From contig NZWM01000055.1 of NCBI GenBank assembly GCA_002698365.1, forward strand, positions 1 to 41,750: a stretch of DNA of 41,750 bases, given 5' to 3'. The notes under the pieces are model-generated. The model saw nothing but the letters and a program-made list of their open reading frames with translations. It was not told where the DNA came from and made no database searches. Positions 30,170 through 39,279 of this stretch are shown here, in pieces; the stretch's first letter is position 1, and the number at the start of each line of letters is the position of its first letter. Position numbers and translations under genes: made by a program. Origin of the DNA: Flavobacteriales bacterium. GTDB taxonomy: Bacteria > Bacteroidota > Bacteroidia > Flavobacteriales > TMED113.

Positions 30170-30589
30170 ATGAAATTAAAAACAAAAAATGGAAAGGAAT
30201 ATATTTTTGATGTGGTGCGCAAAAAATATGTAAGGAATCAGCCTGAAGAATGGGTTAGACAAAATATAATTGAATATTTAAATAAAGAAAAAGGCTATCC
30301 TATTTCTTTAATGTCAATAGAAAAAAAAACACAAATTAATCAGCTAACAAAAAGATGTGACATTATTTGCCACAACAAAAATGGTCAACCTATCCTACTA
30401 GTAGAATGCAAAGCACCCAATATAAAAGTCAATAAAGATAGTTTTGATCAAAGTATTAATTATCAAAAAGTTGTCCAAGCAAAGTATATCATGATTACAA
30501 ATGGTAAAATCCATTATTGCTTTAAATTTAAGAACACAAAAATTGAATTTCTAAACACAATACCTGATTATCTAAATAGTGATGAATAA
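30170..30589 (+). CDS. Stand-alone HsdR N-terminal-like (PD-(D/E)xK fold) domain protein
   Basis: IFDVVRKKYVRNQPEEWVRQNIIEYL ... RCDIICHNKNGQPILLVECKAP ... ITNG matches the HSDR_N_2-type small proteins of Bacteroidota. D...ExK motif is present. Confidence 0.7.
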   Translation: MKLKTKNGKEYIFDVVRKKYVRNQPEEWVRQNIIEYLNKEKGYPISLMSIEKKTQINQLTKRCDIICHNKNGQPILLVECKAPNIKVNKDSFDQSINYQKVVQAKYIMITNGKIHYCFKFKNTKIEFLNTIPDYLNSDE

Positions 30590-30600
30590 AATATTAACAA

Positions 30601-31215
30601 TTAATCCAAATCATTATTTAGATATTTATTTTCTTTATCAAGAAAAGTTAAATATAAAATAGCATTACTCAATCCTGTTACAGCAAGTGCCACAATAATG
30701 CCAAAAAAAAACACAAAAAAGCCTATAAACACCATCAATAAAACAATCAAAATATACATTGTAATTTTGCCTACATTTTGAGCAGTCATTTGCCAACTTT
30801 TTTCAATAGCTTGGTCAAACCCCATCTTTTGATCTACAATTAAAAAAGGTGCAAATATCAATCTTATAGCAAGATATAAACCGGGCAGAATCAATAAAAA
30901 CAGACCTATAAATACTCCAACTAAAGCAGTAATAGTAAATAATATATAATTCAAAAACACCTGGAAATCAATGGATATTAAATCTCTCACCCCCACTGAT
31001 TCTCCTCGCATATATTTTATAGTAATTAAAGTAATAGAAGCTGAAATATATAAACCAAGCAAAGTGACAGGGAAACTTATAATTGGTGGAAGTCCCGCTG
31101 GTGGAGTTATAATAATATTCAAAAAAGCAAGACCAATCCAGAAAAAGGGATTTTCCTTAAATCTATCCCAAGACCTTGCAATAATATGCGAAATAGAAAA
31201 TTCAATACGTGACAC
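30601..31215 (-). CDS. Hypothetical integral membrane protein (DUF975-like topology)
   Basis: Five to six hydrophobic helices. GTG start lies 2 nt after the DUF456 stop. No catalytic motif recognised. Confidence 0.45.
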   Translation of the reverse strand: MSRIEFSISHIIARSWDRFKENPFFWIGLAFLNIIITPPAGLPPIISFPVTLLGLYISASITLITIKYMRGESVGVRDLISIDFQVFLNYILFTITALVGVFIGLFLLILPGLYLAIRLIFAPFLIVDQKMGFDQAIEKSWQMTAQNVGKITMYILIVLLMVFIGFFVFFFGIIVALAVTGLSNAILYLTFLDKENKYLNNDLD

Positions 31216-31217
31216 AA

Positions 31218-31715
31218 CTAGCTTATAAATAATTTAATTATAACCAAAGAAATTATATAAAAGGAATATATTAATTTTATTAGAGATCCAAAAACAAATC
31301 CAATTAAAGAACCAAAAGCTATCTTAAAAGCTTGCTTGTTTTTTTGACTTTCCATTAAGGCTCCTAAAAAGGCTCCTAAAAAGGCTCCTAAAAATATACC
31401 AAATGGAGGAATTAAAAACATTCCACATACCACACCAATTATAGTCCCATAAACAGCTTTGTTTTTTCCTCCCATTTTTTTAACTCCAAACAATTGTAAA
31501 AAATAATCTGAGAAAAAAACAAATAATGTAACACAACCATACAGAATAAGCTCATAATTTGTCAAGAATTCCGTGTCAAGTGCAAAAAAATGAATTATCA
31601 AAAGACCAGCATAACTAAGCAAAGGGCCAGGAAGAACAGGTAATATAGAGCCTATACAGCCTAAAATTAAAAAGATGAATGCTACAAATACTATTAAAAC
31701 AAAATCCATAGTCAT
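31218..31715 (-). CDS. DUF456 family membrane protein
   Basis: LPGPLLSYAGLLI and a repeated GAFLGAFLGAFLGA glycine-zipper segment. Confidence 0.6.
   Translation of the reverse strand: MTMDFVLIVFVAFIFLILGCIGSILPVLPGPLLSYAGLLIIHFFALDTEFLTNYELILYGCVTLFVFFSDYFLQLFGVKKMGGKNKAVYGTIIGVVCGMFLIPPFGIFLGAFLGAFLGALMESQKNKQAFKIAFGSLIGFVFGSLIKLIYSFYIISLVIIKLFIS
31357..31392 (-). repeat. 12-bp in-frame tandem repeat x3 in the DUF456 gene
   Basis: AAGGCTCCTAAA occurs three times on the plus strand. On the coding strand it encodes FLGAFLGAFLGA. Confidence 0.9.
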
Positions 31716-31762
31716 AAAGATACTATATATCTAATTATGAGTATGGATAATATTCTTTTTAT

Positions 31763-31770
31763 TAAATTTG
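31763..31770 (+). promoter_or_regulatory. Candidate -7 box (TAAATTTG) upstream of purB
   Basis: Exact TAnnTTTG match 19 nt before the purB ATG. No TTG -33 element is visible at the expected spacing, so support is partial. Confidence 0.35.
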
Positions 31771-31788
31771 CAACTAATACATATTACA

Positions 31789-33129
31789 ATGAATAATAGT
31801 CTTCAAAATATTTCTCCGATTGACGGGCGATATTCAAAAATCACAAAAGAATTAAAAAATTATTTTTCTGAATCAGCATTAATTAAATATCGGATATATA
31901 TCGAAATTCAATACTTTATCCACTTACATCAAGCAAAATTACCTGGATTAAAAAAAATAAATAAGAAAGAATTAAAAAAAATAGAAGCAATAGCTGTAAA
32001 AATAAATGATAAAGATATTGTGAAAGTTAAATCTATAGAAAGTGTAACAAATCACGATGTAAAAGCGGTAGAATACTTTATAAAAGAAAAATTTGAAAAA
32101 CTTAAATTAAATAAATATCAGGAATTTGTACATTTTGGATTAACCTCACAAGACATAAATAACACAGCATGTCCATTATTATTAATGGATGCTCTAAAAA
32201 ATTGTATTTATCCTGAAATAAACAACTTAATACAACGACTTTATGAGTTAAGTAAAGAATGGAAAAACATTTCTATGCTTGCAAGAACACATGGCCAACC
32301 GGCATCTCCCACAAAACTAGGAAAAGAAATCACAGTATTTAAAGTTCGTATTGAAGAACAACTTAATCAATTATTAAAAATTCCACATTCAGCAAAATTT
32401 GGAGGAGCTACAGGAAATATGAACGCACACTATGCAGCATATCCCAAAACAAACTGGCATAATTTTGCAAAAACATTTTTAAATAATATTGGACTCAAAA
32501 GGTCATACCCAACAACTCAAATAGAACATTATGATAATTTGGCTGCACAACTTGATACTATAAAACGTATCAATACTATACTCATAGATTTAACTAGAGA
32601 TATTTGGATGTATATTGCCATGAATTATTTTAATCAGAAAATGAAAAAAAATGAAGTTGGCTCTTCAGCAATGCCTCATAAAATTAATCCTATTGATTTT
32701 GAAAATGCAGAAGGTAACCTAGGCATAGCAAATGCTATATTATCTCATTTATCTGAGAAATTACCAATATCTAGACTACAAAGAGATTTATCTGATTCAA
32801 CTGTGATGAGAAATATTGGCGTGCCTTTTTCACATAGTCTTATTGCATATAAAGCAATCATAAAAGGATTAAATAAATTAATCGTAAATAAAGATAAAAT
32901 AGAAGAAGATTTATTAAATAACTGGGGTGTCGTTGCAGAAGCTATACAAACCATACTAAGACGAGAGGGCGTAGAAAAACCATATGAAAAATTAAAAAAA
33001 TTAACGAGAAAAAATAAACATATTGAACAAAAAGAAATTCATGAATTTATTGACTCTTTAAAAATTTCTAACGAAGTAAAACAAGAGCTACGAAAAATTA
33101 CACCATCTAATTATACCGGGAAATCTTAA
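31789..33129 (+). CDS. purB: Adenylosuccinate lyase
   Basis: SPIDGRY N-terminus and fumarate-lyase signature GSSAMPHKINP. The TTG at 31768 used by the ORF track lies inside a promoter-like TAAATTTG box. Confidence 0.97.
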   Translation: MNNSLQNISPIDGRYSKITKELKNYFSESALIKYRIYIEIQYFIHLHQAKLPGLKKINKKELKKIEAIAVKINDKDIVKVKSIESVTNHDVKAVEYFIKEKFEKLKLNKYQEFVHFGLTSQDINNTACPLLLMDALKNCIYPEINNLIQRLYELSKEWKNISMLARTHGQPASPTKLGKEITVFKVRIEEQLNQLLKIPHSAKFGGATGNMNAHYAAYPKTNWHNFAKTFLNNIGLKRSYPTTQIEHYDNLAAQLDTIKRINTILIDLTRDIWMYIAMNYFNQKMKKNEVGSSAMPHKINPIDFENAEGNLGIANAILSHLSEKLPISRLQRDLSDSTVMRNIGVPFSHSLIAYKAIIKGLNKLIVNKDKIEEDLLNNWGVVAEAIQTILRREGVEKPYEKLKKLTRKNKHIEQKEIHEFIDSLKISNEVKQELRKITPSNYTGKS

Positions 33130-34337
33130 TTAATCAATTTTAAAAATTGATTTGAAATGGTATCACCAATTGATAAACATGCTGTTGCAGCTGGAGATGG
33201 AGCATTTAAAACATGAATATTTCTACCATTAACTACAATCTTGAAATCGTCTATAATATCACCATCTTTTCCTAAAGCCATAGCACGAACACCTGACCTA
33301 CCAGGAACAATATCTTGCATTGTTAATGAAGGAATTAATTTTTTTAAATGATTTAAAAAAACTTTTTTAGATGAAGCCTTCACCAATTCATTCACTCCAA
33401 ATCTCCAATGATTTTTAAACAACCTCCAAGTTCCTAAATAACTTAAAGAATCTAATGTATCTCTTAAACTAAAGGCCATTTTTTGATACCCCTCTCTTTT
33501 AAAAGTAAAAACAGCGTTAGGACCACACTCAATTTCTCCGTTGGCCATTCTTGTAAAATGTACTCCTAAAAATGGAAACTCTGGATTTGGAACAGGATAA
33601 ATTAAATTTTTGACTTTATGACTTGCCTCTGTCGTTAAAGTATAATAATCTCCTCGAAATCCTACAATTTTTAAATTCGTACTAATATTATCACTTTTCG
33701 CTAATCGATCTGAAAATAAACCTGCGCAAAACACAATATTAGCGCCTTCAAATTGCTCTCTGTTTGTAATAACAACTGATTTTTCTGAATTTGTTTTAAC
33801 ATCTAAAACCTCCGTGTTAGTTAAGATTTGACTTTCATTATTAATTTGTGTAATTAAAAAAGCCAGTTTTTTCGCGACAGCCCTATAATCTATAATACCT
33901 GTTTCTGGAACCCATATAGCAGACAAACCATTAACAAAAGGCTCTATCTCTTTCATTTCATATTTATCAATGATCTGTAAATTTTGTAAACCATTTTTTT
34001 TACCCCGACTTAAAAGTATTGGCAATACATCCAGTTCTTGCTTGTTAGTGGCAACCACTAATTTACCACACACATCATGATTAATATTATATTGTTGAGA
34101 AAACTCTACTAATTCACGACGTCCCGCAACACAGTTTTCAGCCTTATGTGAACCTGGTTGATAATACAAACCTGAATGTAAAACTCCCGAATTTCTCCCA
34201 CTTTGATGTAATGCTAAATCGTCTTCTTTCTCAAGCACCAATATTTTTTGATTGGGTTTTTTTTGTTGTATTTTAAAAGCAGCAGCTAGCCCAACTAAGC
34301 CTCCTCCTACTACTATAATATCAAATTTAGTCTTCAT
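33126..34337 (-). CDS. lhgO: L-2-hydroxyglutarate oxidase-like FAD-dependent oxidoreductase
   Basis: FAD motif FDIIVVGGGLVGL and SGRNSGVLHSGLYY, ~400 aa. The ATG at 34337 is preferred over the TTG at 34343. Confidence 0.75.
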   Translation of the reverse strand: MKTKFDIIVVGGGLVGLAAAFKIQQKKPNQKILVLEKEDDLALHQSGRNSGVLHSGLYYQPGSHKAENCVAGRRELVEFSQQYNINHDVCGKLVVATNKQELDVLPILLSRGKKNGLQNLQIIDKYEMKEIEPFVNGLSAIWVPETGIIDYRAVAKKLAFLITQINNESQILTNTEVLDVKTNSEKSVVITNREQFEGANIVFCAGLFSDRLAKSDNISTNLKIVGFRGDYYTLTTEASHKVKNLIYPVPNPEFPFLGVHFTRMANGEIECGPNAVFTFKREGYQKMAFSLRDTLDSLSYLGTWRLFKNHWRFGVNELVKASSKKVFLNHLKKLIPSLTMQDIVPGRSGVRAMALGKDGDIIDDFKIVVNGRNIHVLNAPSPAATACLSIGDTISNQFLKLIN

Positions 34338-34355
34338 ACACAAATTCTAAAATAT

Positions 34356-35672
34356 TTATGTTAAGTGTGAGTTCACTGCATCCTTTTTCTCCATATTAAC
34401 GAAAGAAAATACAATAATACCAATAAAGAAAAAGATAACAACAATAAATAAACCAGCTTGTTGTGTTCCAAAATAAGAAGTTAATAGGCCAAACAACAAA
34501 GGACCAATAAAAGCTGTTGCTTTTCCGGAAAAAGCATAAAATCCAAAAAATTCATTTTTCTTTTCATCTGGAGTTAATCTTGCCATTAGAGATCTACTTC
34601 CAGATTGATTTGGCCCCTGCATCAAACCAATAATAATCCCTGCTATCCAAAATAGTGTTTTTGGGGTAATAAAACGATTATAGTCAGTTAACCAAGGAGC
34701 AAAAAAAGCTAATAAAGTAGCGAACAATAAAGACCACAGAGTAATCATCAACATATTTTTAACCCCAATTTGATCTTCAAGATATCCAAATAAAAAAGAT
34801 CCTATACAAGCTGATATATTTAATACTACTCCTAAAATTAGGATCTCGTTGAAACTAAAATTTAAGGTACCCGCCGCATATATACCACCGAAGGCGAAAA
34901 TAGTTATTAATGCATCATTATAAAACAATCTAGCTATCAAAAATGTTACAATTGATTTATGTTTTTGCACATTATAAAAGGAAGATTGAATTGAATGGAA
35001 TGACTGCTTCAAATGCTTTCTCATGCCTTTTTCTGGGTTTCTATCTTTAAGTAACAAAAATGTTGGTAAACTAAATACAACAAACCAAACGGCTACTAAT
35101 AAATTGACCACTCTAACATCATTTGCATTAGAAAAATCAAATAAAAAAAATGAAAGTCCCAATGAAATTAATCCACCAACAAAACCTAAGCCCCATGCAA
35201 ATCCGGATATTGTACCTATATTTTCTTTATCAGCAACGTCTGACAAATAAGAATTACAAAACACTGTGCCAAACTCAAAGCCAATATTAGCTATTACAAA
35301 TACAATTAAAGCGACAATCACCACATCAAATTCAAACCCAAATAAATAAACTATTTGATCTGGTTGAAGAAAATACAAACAAATAGTTGCAAGAACGCAT
35401 ATATATGAGGAAATTATTAGAAATATTTTTCTATACCCTGCTGCATCTGCAAAAGCACCTAATATAGGTGAAGTAACCGCAACTATAACAGCAGTAACAG
35501 AGATACCAATAGACCACAAAGAAGTACCTATTTGATTATTTTCTGCAAGAACTTCAGTGAAAAAAGCACTAAAAATAAAAGTAACTATTAAAGTGGTGAA
35601 TGGTTGATTTGCAAAATCATACATAGACCATGCTAAAACCTCTTTATTTAATTTTTTGAAATTAGTACTCAT
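34356..35672 (-). CDS. MFS transporter (UMF1/Atg22-like)
   Basis: 12 predicted TM helices and a WSMYDFANQPFTT N-terminal motif. The ATG overlaps the upstream stop (ATGA). Confidence 0.75.
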   Translation of the reverse strand: MSTNFKKLNKEVLAWSMYDFANQPFTTLIVTFIFSAFFTEVLAENNQIGTSLWSIGISVTAVIVAVTSPILGAFADAAGYRKIFLIISSYICVLATICLYFLQPDQIVYLFGFEFDVVIVALIVFVIANIGFEFGTVFCNSYLSDVADKENIGTISGFAWGLGFVGGLISLGLSFFLFDFSNANDVRVVNLLVAVWFVVFSLPTFLLLKDRNPEKGMRKHLKQSFHSIQSSFYNVQKHKSIVTFLIARLFYNDALITIFAFGGIYAAGTLNFSFNEILILGVVLNISACIGSFLFGYLEDQIGVKNMLMITLWSLLFATLLAFFAPWLTDYNRFITPKTLFWIAGIIIGLMQGPNQSGSRSLMARLTPDEKKNEFFGFYAFSGKATAFIGPLLFGLLTSYFGTQQAGLFIVVIFFFIGIIVFSFVNMEKKDAVNSHLT

Positions 35673-36427
35673 TTCTGATTGATTTCAATATTGTCATAAA
35701 TAAATAAATTATTATACTCTATAATCTCTTTAAGATCATTAATATATAATTCTCTTCTTATAGAGTAATTTTCCAAATACAAAAGCATATCATTAACACT
35801 ATGATTGTGAAATCTAGCAATTCTAAAATCACTATATGCATTTGATTTAGCTAAAGTACGTAAGTAATCTGAAACAGATGATAAAATACTATCATACTTC
35901 TTAACATATACTGGTTTAGAAGTACCTGAACCTTGTGCTTTGATTTTCATGTCACCTGAATAAAATGAATGAATACCAAATAAATTAAATCCTTCTAAAA
36001 AAAACCTAGAAGTACCCCAGCCTGATTCAATTGCAGCTTGAGCAATAATGATAGAATTTGGTTGTTCTGACAAACAATAATATAATTTTTTTATTGTTTC
36101 ACAACTACAATAATCATATAAAAAATCTGGTGATTTTTCATCAATCATATTATACATTTTTTTTATCCTAGCCTTTTCAAATAAAATAACAGGTAAAATA
36201 AGTTCTATGAATTTTTGCTTACGTGTCGAAACATCAAGTATAGATAAATCAGGAATATTAGTGTAAATAAAAGGAGATATGGAATCCAAGGTAAAATCTC
36301 TTATATCATCTGCTGACTCTGCATGTATATAAATTGGTTCTATATTAGAATCAATAACAGATTGAGAAAACAATGGAAATAAAATACTTAAAAACAATAA
36401 TTTTATTAAAAACATGGTTGTTTTCAT
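35669..36427 (-). CDS. Glucosaminidase (mannosyl-glycoprotein endo-beta-N-acetylglucosaminidase) domain protein
   Basis: Signal peptide plus IIAQAAIESGWGTSRFFLEGFNLFGI, the FlgJ/LytD-type glucosaminidase core. Confidence 0.7.
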   Translation of the reverse strand: MKTTMFLIKLLFLSILFPLFSQSVIDSNIEPIYIHAESADDIRDFTLDSISPFIYTNIPDLSILDVSTRKQKFIELILPVILFEKARIKKMYNMIDEKSPDFLYDYCSCETIKKLYYCLSEQPNSIIIAQAAIESGWGTSRFFLEGFNLFGIHSFYSGDMKIKAQGSGTSKPVYVKKYDSILSSVSDYLRTLAKSNAYSDFRIARFHNHSVNDMLLYLENYSIRRELYINDLKEIIEYNNLFIYDNIEINQK

Positions 36428-36441
36428 AAAAATGAAGCACT

Positions 36442-39240
36442 TTAATATGAAAGCAAATGACCTGGTTTAGATGTCATGTCATTAAGAGGTGGTGCAAATC
36501 TAGTCAACTTTATGCCCCTTATTGCGTCCTTATATTCTGCAAGTGTAGGAGTTCTACCTAATATTGCAGATAAAACAACTACTGGGGTTGAAGCTAATAA
36601 TGACTCTCCCTTCTTGCGATCAGAATCTTTCACTACCCTACCTTTAAAAAGACGCGTAGAAGTGGACATTACACTATCACCTTTTTCCGCTTTTTCTTGA
36701 TTTCCCATACACAGATTACATCCAGGACGCTCAAGATATAAAATATTGTCATATTGAGTCCGAGCAATCGATTTAGGTGATACATCATCAAATTCAAAAC
36801 CAGAATATTTCTGAAGAATTTCCCAATCTCCTTCTGCTTTTAATTCATCAATAATATTATACGTTGGTGCTGTAACAACTAATGGGGCTTGAAATTCAAC
36901 TGTGCCAGAATTTTCTTCTAAATTTTTTAGCATCTTAGCAACAATCTTGATATCACCTTTATGAACCATGCAAGAGCCTACGAAACCTAAATCTATATGT
37001 TTTGTTCCAGCATAAAAGGAAAGTGGTCGAATTGTATCGTGTGTATAACGTTTTGAAACATCTTCATTGTTTACATCCGGATCAGCAATCATGGGCTCAT
37101 CAATAATATCTAAATCTACTACAAAATCAGCATAATATATTGCGTTTTTATCAGGCTGTAGGGCAGGCTTTTTACCTGATTTGATTTCATCAATTCGATG
37201 ATTCGCTTTATCAATCAAACTTTGCAAAACTTTAAGCTCATTATCCATCCCTTTATCAATCATGATTTGAATTCGATTTTTAGAAATGTTCAAAGATTCG
37301 ATGAGTGTGTCATTTTGAGAAATACAAATAGACGCTTTTGCCTTCATTTCAGCTGTCCAATCAGTAAAAGTAAAAGCTTGGTCTGCCAAAAGAGTACCAA
37401 TGTGAACCTCAATAATTCTACCTTGAAATACATTTTCCCCATTAAATCTCTTGAGCATTTGACTTTGAGTAGCATGTACAACATCTCGAAAATCCATATG
37501 CTCTTTCATAGTACCCTTGAAGGTTACTTTAACAGATTCTGGTATTGGCATAGAAGCCTCACCTGTAGCTAGTGCTAGTGCCACAGTACCTGAGTCCGCT
37601 CCAAAAGCAACACCTTTAGACATTCTTGTGTGAGAATCTCCACCAATAATAATGGCCCAATCATCTATAGTCAAATCATTCAAAACCTTATGAATTACAT
37701 CTGTCATTGGGTGATATTTATCTTCCGGATGTCTTCCTGTTATAAGTCCGAAATCATGCATAAACTTCATAAGTCTAGGTATATTTTCTTTAGATTTTTG
37801 ATCCCAAACTGAAGCAGTATGACAACCTGACTGATAACCAGCAGTAACTATAGGAGAAATAACAGTAGCTGCCATCATTTCTAATTCCTGAGTAGTCATT
37901 AAACCAGTAGTATCTTGTGAACCAACTACATCTACCTTAACACGTACGTACGAACCTGCATGAAGTGGTTGACCTGAACTACCAACAACATTTTTATTGA
38001 AAATTTTCTCAACGGCTGTAAATCCTTGATTTGCAATAGAAATTTCTTTTGATCTTGCAAACACAGGTGGTGTATCTATACCAAGTATGTCCGCTGCAAA
38101 TGCTTGTAGTTTTTTGCCAAAAACAACACTGTAAGAGCCACCAGCTTTCATAAATTCCATTTTTTGAGGAGTAAAAGAAGAAGAAATATCTAATAATTCT
38201 CTGTCGCCATGAAAAAGCTTTTTTGTTTTAGTATTAATAGTAAGAACGGTGCCAGTCTCTACAGAGTAAACTTGTTCTAAAATAGGATCATTATTTTCAT
38301 CGAGAATTAAATTTCCAGCTGCATCATATTTTTTTTTCCAATTTTTCAAGTCTAATCCAATACCACCAGTTACCCCGACAGTGGTAAGAAATATTGGAGA
38401 TATCCCATTAGTGCCAGCTACTACTGGTGCAATATTTATAAATGGGATATATTTACTTGCTGCTTCGCCAATCCATAGTGCAACATTATTTACCCCTGAC
38501 ATTCTAGATGACCCAACACCCATAGTTCCTTTTTCAGCAATTAACATAATTCTTTTATCAGGATGTTTTTTCTTTAATGCTAGCAAAGCTTGTTGTTGTT
38601 CTTTATCATGCTCAAACATACATTGTCCATGCAACTGCCTATCTGACCTTGAGTGTGCATCACCTCCAGGAGATAATAAATCCGTTGAAACATCACCAAC
38701 CCCAGCAACAAAAGTAACAAGCTTAATTTCTTCGGGAATTTCCGGCAATTTAGTAAAAAACTCTGCCTTGGAATAACTTTCAATAATATCTTTTGCAATA
38801 GCGTTTCCCAAGTTAAAAGCATTTTTTAGACGAGTTGTATCTGCGTCATAAAGAAAAACCTGTGTCTTTAAAACCTTTGCTGCGTCATTAGCTAATGAGC
38901 AATTTTCTCCCAAAGCTAAATCTAATAAGACTTCAACAGAAGGGCCACCCTTCATATGTGATAATAACTCAAAAGCAAAAGCAGGACTAATCTCATCTAA
39001 TAAGTAATCACCAAGAATAATTGCCTTTAAAAAATGAGCCTTAACAATAGCAGCGCTTGTAGTTCCTGGCAACACATTATAAATAAAAAAATTTAATGAA
39101 TCTTCACGATATTGGTGATTTATGTCTTTGATTTGTGCAATAATTTCATTTAACAAATCGCCATCATCAATTGGTTTTGGAGCAAGAGCTTGTGTTTTTC
39201 TGTCTTCTATCTCATTTAGGTATACACGATATAAGCTCAT
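36442..39240 (-). CDS. acnB: Bifunctional aconitate hydratase 2 / 2-methylisocitrate dehydratase
   Basis: AcnB-specific N-terminal HEAT-like domain (YLNEIEDRKTQALAPKPIDD) and aconitase Fe-S ligand regions (GGDSHTRM, GSCMVH, PGCNLCMGNQ), 932 aa. Confidence 0.97.
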   Translation of the reverse strand: MSLYRVYLNEIEDRKTQALAPKPIDDGDLLNEIIAQIKDINHQYREDSLNFFIYNVLPGTTSAAIVKAHFLKAIILGDYLLDEISPAFAFELLSHMKGGPSVEVLLDLALGENCSLANDAAKVLKTQVFLYDADTTRLKNAFNLGNAIAKDIIESYSKAEFFTKLPEIPEEIKLVTFVAGVGDVSTDLLSPGGDAHSRSDRQLHGQCMFEHDKEQQQALLALKKKHPDKRIMLIAEKGTMGVGSSRMSGVNNVALWIGEAASKYIPFINIAPVVAGTNGISPIFLTTVGVTGGIGLDLKNWKKKYDAAGNLILDENNDPILEQVYSVETGTVLTINTKTKKLFHGDRELLDISSSFTPQKMEFMKAGGSYSVVFGKKLQAFAADILGIDTPPVFARSKEISIANQGFTAVEKIFNKNVVGSSGQPLHAGSYVRVKVDVVGSQDTTGLMTTQELEMMAATVISPIVTAGYQSGCHTASVWDQKSKENIPRLMKFMHDFGLITGRHPEDKYHPMTDVIHKVLNDLTIDDWAIIIGGDSHTRMSKGVAFGADSGTVALALATGEASMPIPESVKVTFKGTMKEHMDFRDVVHATQSQMLKRFNGENVFQGRIIEVHIGTLLADQAFTFTDWTAEMKAKASICISQNDTLIESLNISKNRIQIMIDKGMDNELKVLQSLIDKANHRIDEIKSGKKPALQPDKNAIYYADFVVDLDIIDEPMIADPDVNNEDVSKRYTHDTIRPLSFYAGTKHIDLGFVGSCMVHKGDIKIVAKMLKNLEENSGTVEFQAPLVVTAPTYNIIDELKAEGDWEILQKYSGFEFDDVSPKSIARTQYDNILYLERPGCNLCMGNQEKAEKGDSVMSTSTRLFKGRVVKDSDRKKGESLLASTPVVVLSAILGRTPTLAEYKDAIRGIKLTRFAPPLNDMTSKPGHLLSY

Positions 39241-39279
39241 AAATTTTCGATATCTATCTTTAATAAAAAAACCTAAGTG

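Noticed and set aside
30120-30185. N-terminal extensions in the ORF track: holA to 30185, thrS from 5248, rplT from 8051, purB from 31768, rpsF to 40412, the TonB receptor to 29077, lhgO to 34343 and pyrG to 26736. Some would create gene overlaps.
   Set aside because: Except for pyrG, whose extension starts at an upstream ATG, the extensions start at TTG codons. All add non-conserved residues ahead of a canonical N-terminus that begins at an ATG. Two of the TTGs sit inside TAnnTTTG promoter boxes.
30170-30589. The HsdR-N-like gene as a marker of a restriction-modification or other defence island.
   Set aside because: There is no methyltransferase, specificity subunit, helicase/nuclease body, toxin or mobile-element gene nearby. 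The flanking genes are holA and conserved membrane proteins.
31357-31392. A 12-bp x3 tandem repeat in the DUF456 gene as a possible contingency locus.
   Set aside because: It is in frame (a multiple of 3) and encodes a glycine-zipper TM segment (GAFL)x3. Copy change would not switch the gene off.
31916-31924. A DnaA-box-like TTATCCACT.
   Set aside because: It is a single imperfect copy inside the purB coding sequence. There is no cluster, no AT-rich unwinding element context and no dnaA/dnaN nearby.
38381-38776. Long ORFs antisense to, or out of frame within, well-supported genes. Examples are 38381-38776 (131 aa), 37198-37572 (124 aa), 36476-36700 and 38580-38822 in acnB, 3451-3768 and 3716-3949 in the carboxylase, and 2191-2487 and 2391-2606 in lepB. 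Others lie at 13212-13427, 14877-15101 and 15213-15458 in uvrA, 16770-16985, 17561-17767, 35023-35250, 30971-31228, 32745-32954, 28792-28986, 39967-40185 and 41181-41396.
   Set aside because: Each lies wholly inside a gene with strong homology-type motifs on the other strand or frame. Their sequences are low-complexity or Cys/Ser/Leu-rich, as expected for shadow ORFs. None has a motif or its own intergenic context.
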